DNA of 14,063 nucleotides, from the IMG/VR virus record IMGVR_UViG_2693429635_000015; one strand, 5' to 3'. The position numbers were made by a program, and so were the translations under genes. Of this stretch, positions 8,339 through 14,063 are shown in pieces (the stretch's first letter is position 1; every line of letters starts with the position of its first letter). The notes under the pieces are model-generated. The model was not told the DNA's origin. It saw nothing but the letters and a program-made list of their open reading frames with translations, and did no database searches. This DNA comes from a virus. Its lineage: Duplodnaviria; Heunggongvirae; Uroviricota; Caudoviricetes.

Positions 8339-8388
8339 TTAAATTTCTCCTTCAATCATTACTACTGGTCTACCCATCGTAATGGCAA

Positions 8389-8419
8389 CAAAAAACCGCC
8401 CGTGGAAAGTGGGCGGTTT
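8389..8419 (-). terminator. Rho-independent terminator (minus strand)
   Basis: Perfect 8-bp GC-rich stem (AACCGCCC / GGGCGGTT) with a ~9-nt loop, followed on the minus strand by a run of 7 T. Lies 15 nt downstream of the 8434..8754 gene. Confidence 0.6.
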
Positions 8420-8433
8420 AGGAGAGAATCGAT

Positions 8434-8754
8434 TTAAATCAAATTGCCGATAAATTTCGCCTGTACAGACAGAGTCGCACCAGGAACACCAGCAATTCCA
8501 CCTTCAAGGTAATAACCATCCCCAATATCTCTCACAGAGAGATCCATCACATAATCGTTAAGGCCTGCAATAACGTTTTGTGCTGAAGGGTTATGGCGGG
8601 ATACATGAAGTTTCAATACCCCATCTTGTACACGCCCCTGATAGGTAAACCCAAAATCACCACCATTAACCGCATTATCCTTCACAACGACCGTGCCATT
8701 GCCAACATCATTATGACCGCTTCTGAACACAACAAAATAAATGCCGTCTTTCAT
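8434..8754 (-). CDS. Hypothetical protein (106 aa), moron-like gene between spanins and HNH
   Basis: ATG at 8754 with AAGGA RBS 8 nt upstream. Preceded by a ~90-bp AT-rich spacer and followed by the terminator at 8389..8419. Gly-rich with no obvious signal peptide; family not recognised. Confidence 0.55.
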   Translation of the reverse strand: MKDGIYFVVFRSGHNDVGNGTVVVKDNAVNGGDFGFTYQGRVQDGVLKLHVSRHNPSAQNVIAGLNDYVMDLSVRDIGDGYYLEGGIAGVPGATLSVQAKFIGNLI

Positions 8755-8846
8755 GTGTATAGTCCTTCAAAAAAATCACCCAAATCAGGTGCTTTGTATC
8801 TATTGGGTCATCACATATCAAATCAAGGAACAAAATAAAGTGAACA

Positions 8847-9116
8847 TCATTTTTTTTGCATGATGTGACCACGCTCAACTTCAATCCTTCTGATGTCAGC
8901 TTTATCGGTATTACACTGCGCCAATGCAGACAACAAGGCGGCATTCAGATCTAAGCTCGAGCCCCACGTAAAATGATCAGGTAAATCAGGCTGAGGGGTT
9001 TCAGCCGTCAGGCTGGCTGGCAGTGGTACCGTCGGAGTGTTCACGTAAACTGTCCGCATACTTCCGCAACCGCTCAGCAGCGGCAGCAGGCACAAGACGT
9101 GAAGCACAATCATCAT
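8847..9116 (-). CDS. Rz1-like o-spanin (outer-membrane lipoprotein), overlapping Rz in a different frame
   Basis: Within ORF 8847..9344 (different frame from Rz) an internal MM start precedes a lipobox-like LLSGC and a Pro-rich segment (TPTVPLPASLTAETPQPDLP). RBS is weak and the start uncertain. Extends past the Rz stop, so the pair is overlapped rather than embedded. Confidence 0.5.
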   Translation of the reverse strand: MMIVLHVLCLLPLLSGCGSMRTVYVNTPTVPLPASLTAETPQPDLPDHFTWGSSLDLNAALLSALAQCNTDKADIRRIEVERGHIMQKK

Positions 9117-9393
9117 CCGCAACGGCCATTTTGATATCTTCCTGGGTTCTTTGTGACTCCAGTGCGATCTGCTGTTTTGCATGCTGGTTAGCCTCCAGTA
9201 CTGTATTGACGATTTGCAGTGATTGCAGGACGTTATTGGTAATGGCTGTTGCTGATCCAGCATTTCGTTCAGCCTCATCAGCACGCTTCTTTTCGTACTG
9301 ATATTTGCTGTAGTAGTGGTTGGCTGACCAGATGAAAGAACCAATGACAGTAACGAAGAAAGCAGCGATAACCAGCTTATAGCTCAACTTCAT
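9001..9393 (-). CDS. Rz-like i-spanin (inner-membrane spanin subunit)
   Basis: 130 aa with an N-terminal TM helix (LVIAAFFVTVIGSFIW) followed by a charged, coiled-coil-like domain. Immediately downstream of the endolysin, overlapping its stop. Confidence 0.65.
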   Translation of the reverse strand: MKLSYKLVIAAFFVTVIGSFIWSANHYYSKYQYEKKRADEAERNAGSATAITNNVLQSLQIVNTVLEANQHAKQQIALESQRTQEDIKMAVADDDCASRLVPAAAAERLRKYADSLREHSDGTTASQPDG

Positions 9394-9853
9394 TTATCAC
9401 CCCACCAGCCTCTTCAAACCGTGCAATCAGGTCACCGATTTTATGTTCATACTGACCGTAACCTGCACCAGGTAATGACGCCCAGATATTGCTGCAACGG
9501 TCGATTGCCTGACGAATATTGCCACGGTCAATCATCGGTAAAGCGCCACGCTCTTTAATCTGCTGCAGAGCTACAGCGTCCTGGCTTTCTGGAGAAAAAT
9601 CTTTCAGGCCAAGCTGTTTACGGTAAGCATCCCACCAGCGTGAAAGAAGCTGGTAACGTCCGGCGGCTGTTGACTTGAGTTTCGGGTTTAGCGTGACAAG
9701 TTTGCGAGGGTGATCGGAGTAATCAGTGAAGAGTTCACCACCGACAATAACGTCATAACCGTGGTTACGTGTCGGTTGTCGTCCGTTATCCGTTCCTTCT
9801 GACCATGCCACCATATCAAGGAAAGCTTTACGCTGGGAATTTAGTACCTGCAT
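9377..9853 (-). CDS. R: Endolysin, lambda R-type lytic transglycosylase
   Basis: 158-aa product ...NSQRKAFLDMVAWSEGTDNGRQPTRNHGYDVIVGGELFTDYSDHPRKLVTLNPKLKS...RYQLLSRWWDAYRKQLGLKDF... is near-identical over long stretches to phage lambda R as I remember it, including the catalytic-region EGT motif. AAGGAG RBS upstream of the ATG at 9853. Confidence 0.9.
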   Translation of the reverse strand: MQVLNSQRKAFLDMVAWSEGTDNGRQPTRNHGYDVIVGGELFTDYSDHPRKLVTLNPKLKSTAAGRYQLLSRWWDAYRKQLGLKDFSPESQDAVALQQIKERGALPMIDRGNIRQAIDRCSNIWASLPGAGYGQYEHKIGDLIARFEEAGGVINEVEL

Positions 9854-9856
9854 AAA

Positions 9857-10183
9857 TTACTCCTTAGAGCCACCAAATTTGTTACCGATTACTCGCATTG
9901 CAGCCCCACGAATAGCATCGACACCGATCAGCCCCACCCCACCACCAATGGCAACAGAAAGTGATTTAGGCCATCCGACATACTCAAGAGCGGATGCAAA
10001 GGTCAGCGTCAGAGCGCCACATAGCAAAATCTCGAGCGTTTTTCGCTTCCAGCCACCACCACCGCCAAAATAGGCGATGCGCAAACCAGCCATAACGATC
10101 GACATAATCACTGCACCCAGCGGTGTGTCTCCACGCCACCAGCTCTGGACCAAGTCCAGCCAGGTATTTGGGTTATGAGGCAT
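9857..10183 (-). CDS. Holin (class I-like, three predicted TM segments)
   Basis: Immediately upstream of the endolysin with a 3-nt gap. Three hydrophobic segments and a charged C-terminus. I chose ATG at 10183 (GAGGT-containing RBS region); the ORF track's longer form starts at a GTG at 10279 that overlaps the methylase 3' end. Confidence 0.6.
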   Translation of the reverse strand: MPHNPNTWLDLVQSWWRGDTPLGAVIMSIVMAGLRIAYFGGGGGWKRKTLEILLCGALTLTFASALEYVGWPKSLSVAIGGGVGLIGVDAIRGAAMRVIGNKFGGSKE

Positions 10184-10225
10184 TTCGTCATCTCTCACCT
10201 CGCGATATTTGCGGGTGCTGTGTTG

Positions 10226-10254
10226 GAAATAAAAAGGCCACGCAACGTGGCCAC
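10226..10254 (-). terminator. Putative rho-independent terminator (minus strand) between methylase and holin
   Basis: Stem GGCCACG / CGTGGCC with a 3-nt loop, followed on the minus strand by TTTTTATTT. The short loop makes this moderate confidence. Confidence 0.45.
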
Positions 10255-10259
10255 CAGAA

Positions 10260-11312
10260 TTATTTCCCCACCAGTTCACTTACCTCTTTCACCGTCTGAT
10301 TAAACCGCTCTGACTCAAGTTCAACACCTAACGCCCGACGCCCCAGCGCCATTGCTGCTTTTATTGTGGAACCGGATCCCATAAAAAAATCAGCAACCAG
10401 ATCACCAGGTCGACTACTGGCATTGATTATTTGCCTGAGCATATCCGCCGGTTTCTCACACGGATGTTTACCCGGGTAGAACTGAACGGGTTTATGCATC
10501 CAGACATCGGTATAAGGCACGGAGACTGATACGGAGAAATAGCGCCGGAGAGATTTAAACTCATCCAGCAATTCAGAATATTTGCGATTCAGTGAATCAT
10601 AAGACGCCACCAGCTGGTGGTGTGGTTGTTCCAGTTGTTGTTCCTGAAACTTCTCTGCCGCTATACGGGAAAACAGTGCCTGTAACTTCCGATAGTCAGC
10701 CTCATTCGGCAACTGCCACTGACTGGCACCAAACCAGTGGGAAACCATATTTTTCTTACCTGTGGCTTCGGCAATTTGTTTTGCCGTTATACCCAGTTCG
10801 GCACGAGCATCCCTGAAATACGATATCAGCGGTGCCATTATGTGCTGTTTGAGTTCCCTTTCTTTTGCCGCATAGCCGTCACTTTTGCCGCGATATGGCC
10901 CCTGGTAATGTTCAGCAAACAGAACGCGCTCTGTGGCAGGAAAATATGCGCGCAGACTTTCTTTATTACACCCATTCCAACGTCCGGACGGCTTCGCCCA
11001 GATGATATGGTTAAGCACGTTGAAACGTTCACGCATCATGATCTCAATATCAGATGCCAGGCGATGCCCACAGAACAGGTAAAGGCTTCCGGCAGGTTTC
11101 AACACCCGCCAGAACTGGGCCAGACAGTGGTCCAGCCACTTAAGGTAATCTTCGTCCCCTTTCCACTGATTGTCCCAACCGTTGGGTTTCACCTTGAAAT
11201 AAGGCGGATCGGTAACAATCAGGTCAATGGAATCATCAGGCAGGGACTGAATAAAATGCAGGCAATCAGCGTTGATTAAATCAACACTGTTTATTTTTAC
11301 AGTATTTTTCAT
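10260..11312 (-). CDS. DNA methyltransferase (amino-MTase, beta-class motif order; probably N6-adenine)
   Basis: 350 aa with catalytic motif IV DPPY near the N-terminus (IVTDPPYF) and AdoMet-binding motif I FxGxG near the C-terminus (FFMGSGST). No adjacent restriction endonuclease gene, so it looks like an orphan phage methylase. Confidence 0.85.
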   Translation of the reverse strand: MKNTVKINSVDLINADCLHFIQSLPDDSIDLIVTDPPYFKVKPNGWDNQWKGDEDYLKWLDHCLAQFWRVLKPAGSLYLFCGHRLASDIEIMMRERFNVLNHIIWAKPSGRWNGCNKESLRAYFPATERVLFAEHYQGPYRGKSDGYAAKERELKQHIMAPLISYFRDARAELGITAKQIAEATGKKNMVSHWFGASQWQLPNEADYRKLQALFSRIAAEKFQEQQLEQPHHQLVASYDSLNRKYSELLDEFKSLRRYFSVSVSVPYTDVWMHKPVQFYPGKHPCEKPADMLRQIINASSRPGDLVADFFMGSGSTIKAAMALGRRALGVELESERFNQTVKEVSELVGK

Positions 11313-11461
11313 GGATCAGTAAGCGTAACTCTGGTAGGCTCACTCTGCTTTTGCGCTAAAGCAGTGGGCCGTGGTTCGCTTGTGACCAGTAAGCATGAGC
11401 GAATGGCTGGCAGGTGCTACCAACACCCACCAGCCGCCCATTTTCACAAATTAAAAGTCCT

Positions 11462-11656
11462 TCATTGCTGAAGGCGTCTGTAACAGCCGAACTGGTAATC
11501 TGCCAGCCCCGCCATAACCAACTGGGTCAGTATTAACTGACAGCGTTCGCGTGAAAGATATGTGTTTTGTGCAATCTCCCCGACTGTTGCCGGTTCGATG
11601 CTTAATTCATTAAAAACAACTTTCGCCGTTTCTGTCATATCTTGCTGTTTTAGCAT
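11462..11656 (-). CDS. Small hypothetical protein (64 aa), possibly HTH DNA-binding
   Basis: Within ORF 11462..11680; the internal ATG at 11656 has AAGGA 8 nt upstream. The segment TVGEIAQNTYLSRERCQLILTQL resembles a helix-turn-helix. First gene after the 11779-11804 terminator on the minus strand. Confidence 0.4.
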   Translation of the reverse strand: MLKQQDMTETAKVVFNELSIEPATVGEIAQNTYLSRERCQLILTQLVMAGLADYQFGCYRRLQQ

Positions 11657-11778
11657 GTCTTTTTTCCTTCTGGTTAACATGACATACCAATAACTCTTGT
11701 CTAAAAAGCCAGCAAGATAAAAAGTCAGTATTCACGACCACCAGCGTGTTTACCGTACTGCACCAGGTTTACAGGTAC

Positions 11779-11804
11779 AAAAAAACCCGCTCGACGGCGG
11801 GTTT
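11779..11804 (-). terminator. Rho-independent terminator (strong on minus strand, weak on plus); candidate tR'-like late terminator
   Basis: 7-bp stem AACCCGC / GCGGGTT with a 6-nt loop, followed on the minus strand by 7 T (plus-strand A run 11779-11785). On the plus strand only TTT follows. Confidence 0.6.
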
Positions 11805-11961
11805 AAGTTGTGTGGCGAAGTAACCACTCTTAACACGATATAATACTTTTTGCGTACGCGTTAACTTTTTCTGTAGTATTTAGTGTAAGATTCTTCACAA
11901 GATAGATACTTTGGAGTACATGATGTAAAGTGCTGTATGCATAAACAGTACAAAGGATATC

Positions 11962-12483
11962 ATGATGAACAAATTAGCACGCTTATTATTAACAGCAAGC
12001 TCAATTGCACCTGTTTGCGCAACTCTATTTTTTATTGGATATGTAAAAGATACGGTTTGGCTGATGCAATATAGCTTATGCGTTGGCATAGCAAGTTGGT
12101 TATTAGCAATAGGCCTGATTCAATATGCTGAGAAACAACTTGAACCTCTGACAAAAAATATTAGTTCAGTTTCTCCCGCTAACAAAGAAGTAACTAATTA
12201 TTTCTTAAGCTATTTATTCCCTCTCCTAGGAACAGACTCTATTGCTGAAAATAAAGCATATGCGTTATTCTTTTATTTGTCATTGTTATTTTACATCAGC
12301 TTTTCCGAGAACTATAACTTTAACCCAGTATTGTCACTTATCGGTTATAAATTTTACGAAGCTGAAGATGACACCGGCGTAGGTTTTGTATTGATTTCTA
12401 AATCAGTCATTACTGATATTAAAGATATCAAATTTACAGTTATTCAATTAACAGACTACACATTTCTACATGTTAAAGGATAA
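11962..12483 (+). CDS. Integral membrane protein (173 aa, ~4 predicted TM helices plus a ~60-aa C-terminal soluble tail); first gene of candidate accessory/defense cassette
   Basis: AAGGA RBS before a tandem ATG at 11962. Hydrophobic segments at roughly residues 8-28, 35-55, 80-92 and 100-115. Strongly AT-rich codon usage, unlike the flanking phage genes. Opposite strand to all surrounding phage genes. Confidence 0.65.
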   Translation: MMNKLARLLLTASSIAPVCATLFFIGYVKDTVWLMQYSLCVGIASWLLAIGLIQYAEKQLEPLTKNISSVSPANKEVTNYFLSYLFPLLGTDSIAENKAYALFFYLSLLFYISFSENYNFNPVLSLIGYKFYEAEDDTGVGFVLISKSVITDIKDIKFTVIQLTDYTFLHVKG

Positions 12484-12488
12484 TAACC

Positions 12489-13373
12489 ATGGCACTTTTT
12501 GCAGTAATAGATAATACAATTGCAACGAGAATTGTTAGAGTCGAACTTGATGCAACAGCAAGTACTTCTGTTACGGCCATTTTCCAACAACAGCGTCAAT
12601 ATTTTGAAAGTCATCATAACAATATGATACCATTCTATGCCGGTTATACACCAAAACATAGTGAGTGTTTTGAAATACAAAACTTTACTGATTCTGCACG
12701 CCTGATTGACGCAGTCAATAGGCCTACCGCCGTGCCTGTCTGGGATCCCAGCCAAATTGATATTGGTTATATTAAAGCATTATTTGTTGGTGTTGACGCG
12801 CCAGCAAACCCCAATATTATTGCGCTACAAACCTTCAACAAAAAACAAATCTTAGATACCTCAAAATCATTCTTTGGAAAGCTTTTTGCAAGCAAAACTA
12901 CCTTTAGTAAAGCTAATAGCATCGGTTTTAATGTTGATGATAAACTAGTTGCAATAATTATCAATGATACAATACGATTTAAGAGTTTCTTTAATCTAAG
13001 AAGCATTTTTGACATGTTGTCCTATTTTTCTGCTGCTACTGACCAAGAACTTAATGCATTTAGTCAACTTAGTGTATTTTCTACTCCCCAAGGTTTTGAT
13101 CTAAAATCCGTTGCAGATACAGTGATAAGAAATAAAGTAACACTAATAAATCAGACTGGGATGCTAACACCCCAAAATATGTCAAAGTTTAAATCCGAAG
13201 CTGCTAAAGTCAATTTCCCCTTACAAACCATAATAGTTGGCGGTGTTGAGAAAATTGTCATGCCTTCATCAAAAAAAGAAATAAAAGCCCTTCTTGACTT
13301 TCTTGAGGAAGACATTTGGATTTCTGGGATAAGTGGAAGACGCTTTAAATCGAATTCAAAGCGCCCAATATAA
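12489..13373 (+). CDS. Hypothetical cytoplasmic protein (294 aa); second gene of candidate accessory/defense cassette
   Basis: ATG at 12489 lies 5 nt after the upstream stop, with AAAGGA 8 nt upstream, so the two genes are translationally coupled. AT-rich, no TM segments, no motif I can assign with confidence (an R-x5-H pattern near residue 36 is noted but weak). Its stop is 21 nt from the convergent Q stop. Confidence 0.65.
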   Translation: MALFAVIDNTIATRIVRVELDATASTSVTAIFQQQRQYFESHHNNMIPFYAGYTPKHSECFEIQNFTDSARLIDAVNRPTAVPVWDPSQIDIGYIKALFVGVDAPANPNIIALQTFNKKQILDTSKSFFGKLFASKTTFSKANSIGFNVDDKLVAIIINDTIRFKSFFNLRSIFDMLSYFSAATDQELNAFSQLSVFSTPQGFDLKSVADTVIRNKVTLINQTGMLTPQNMSKFKSEAAKVNFPLQTIIVGGVEKIVMPSSKKEIKALLDFLEEDIWISGISGRRFKSNSKRPI

Positions 13374-13394
13374 CTAGAAGACAGTTAAGAATAG

Positions 13395-13742
13395 TTAACA
13401 GGCAAGAGTGCAAACAATGCCTTCAATGAAACCAAGCGATGTTTGCAACTCTTTCCTGATAGTCCCATCCGAACACTTTCTCTTCTTAGCAATGGCTCGC
13501 AATGAAATCCCTACTACAAAATGGGCTATAACTAACTCATACTCTTCTGGTTTGTACTTTCTTAATCTAGCTACGCACCCATCGATCATGAGCCCCTCAT
13601 CATCATCACACTGAATCCGGGACTTTTTGCCATGAGGTAAAAGCCCCTTGAAGCCAGCGGCTACCGGTTGCCAGTCCACTCCGCTATTGTCTGAAGCAGC
13701 CCAAGCTCCCCAACGATCCATCACTTCATACATATCACGCAT
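13395..13742 (-). CDS. Late-gene antiterminator Q (small Q class, phage 82 / DLP12 QuuD-like)
   Basis: 115 aa from the first ATG at 13742 (GGAG RBS 7 nt upstream); the ORF track's 13757 start is TTG. Contains RWGAWAA and Cys-rich motifs (CDDDE...DGC, ...CSDG) that I associate with small Q antiterminators. Position (after a DUF1364 gene, upstream of the lysis genes) fits. Confidence 0.65.
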   Translation of the reverse strand: MRDMYEVMDRWGAWAASDNSGVDWQPVAAGFKGLLPHGKKSRIQCDDDEGLMIDGCVARLRKYKPEEYELVIAHFVVGISLRAIAKKRKCSDGTIRKELQTSLGFIEGIVCTLAC

Positions 13743-13759
13743 CAACTTTCTCCACAAAA

Positions 13760-14050
13760 TCAGGCCAGCACGCCAATTGCCAGCGCACGATCGATAAAAC
13801 GAAATATCAGCTCCAGCTGGGAGCCATACTTCTCTTCAAATGCCACGGTATCCGCATGCAGCTCGTCGTGATGCTTTCTGCACAAAGGCAACACAAAGAG
13901 GTCATGCGCTTTTGTACCCATCCCACCCTGACCGTGGCCTATCAAGTGGTGGGGATCATCAGCAGGCTTTCCACAACATGCACACGGCTGTGTCTTAACC
14001 CAGCGCGTGTACTTTTCATTAACCCAGCGGCGACGTTTTGGGCGTAACAT
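13760..14050 (-). CDS. DUF1364 / YbcO-like zinc-binding putative nuclease (Nin-region protein)
   Basis: 96 aa with CxCC...HH...C..HH cysteine/histidine clusters. GGAG RBS 6 nt upstream of the ATG at 14050. Size and position immediately upstream of Q resemble ybcO of DLP12-type prophages; assignment from memory. Confidence 0.55.
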   Translation of the reverse strand: MLRPKRRRWVNEKYTRWVKTQPCACCGKPADDPHHLIGHGQGGMGTKAHDLFVLPLCRKHHDELHADTVAFEEKYGSQLELIFRFIDRALAIGVLA

Positions 14051-14063
14051 AAAAGACTCCGGC

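Larger units (their letters stand above)
7696..8339. repeat. Direct repeat copy B (~644 bp: TerS 5' fragment, candidate cos, HNH gene)
   Basis: Partner of 5093..5736; starts within 2-3 bp of the IS3 right end and stops at the HNH start codon. Confidence 0.85.

Noticed and set aside
8593-9301. Plus ORFs 8593..8838 and 9023..9301, and minus ORF 8711..8944
   Set aside because: Antisense or out-of-frame overlaps of the moron gene and the spanin genes. Only the lipobox-containing part of the 8847..9344 frame was kept as Rz1.
9879-11279. Plus ORFs 9879..10073, 10592..10816, 10737..11279 and minus ORF 10838..11032 within the holin and methylase region
   Set aside because: Shadow ORFs antisense to or out of frame with a methyltransferase that has clear catalytic motifs.
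11313-11461. Possible tRNA genes or small RNA between the HTH gene and the methylase (tRNAs occur downstream of Q in Stx phages)
   Set aside because: I could not fold a cloverleaf with a conserved T-arm (GTTC-like) or acceptor stem in this 149-bp spacer or in 11681-11961; only a short hairpin and a CAGTAAGC direct repeat are present. No tRNA called.
11895-12755. Minus-strand ORFs 11895..12089 and 12456..12755, and 12767..13015, antisense to the AT-rich cassette
   Set aside because: AT-rich regions produce long spurious antisense frames. The plus-strand genes have proper RBSs and coupling, a coherent hydrophobicity pattern and a consistent operon layout.
12489-13373. HEPN-like R-x5-H pattern (RQYFESH, near residue 36) in the 294-aa cassette protein as evidence of an RNase effector
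   Set aside because: A single short pattern without the surrounding helical context is too weak to call a HEPN domain; kept only as a note for structure-based checking.
13408-14047. Plus ORFs 13408..13614 and 13856..14047
   Set aside because: Antisense to the Q and DUF1364 genes, which have RBSs and recognisable motifs.
1-14063. CRISPR arrays, Shiga toxin genes, integrase or attachment sites
   Set aside because: No regularly spaced short direct repeats, no stx-like AB5 toxin ORFs in the Q-lysis interval (it holds the AT-rich cassette, HTH gene and methylase instead), and no integrase or att-like tRNA fragment. The window is internal to the prophage.

Overview
This window reads as the late region of a lambdoid, HK97-like cos prophage from an enterobacterial (E. 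coli-like) genome, encoded almost entirely on the minus strand. In transcription order (high to low coordinates): DUF1364/YbcO-like protein, Q-type late antiterminator, small HTH-like protein, orphan DNA methyltransferase, holin, lambda R-type endolysin, Rz/Rz1 spanins, a small moron, HNH endonuclease, then an intact 1258-bp IS3, then AT-rich plus-strand ORFs, a second HNH endonuclease, candidate cos region, terminase small and large subunits, a small membrane protein, portal, prohead protease and major capsid protein (partial at the window edge). The most interesting element is a low-GC two-gene plus-strand operon (11962-13373) wedged between the Q gene and the late/lysis operon and transcribed against it: a ~4-TM membrane protein translationally coupled to a 294-aa protein I cannot place in a family. 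I treat it as a candidate anti-phage or superinfection-exclusion module, possibly Kiwa-like in architecture, but this is inference from context only. The second notable structure is the IS3, which has no target-site duplication and is flanked by ~644-bp direct repeats (partial TerS, candidate cos, HNH); this points to an IS-mediated rearrangement joining two related prophage modules. All calls rest on reading the sequence and remembered protein families; no database search was run.
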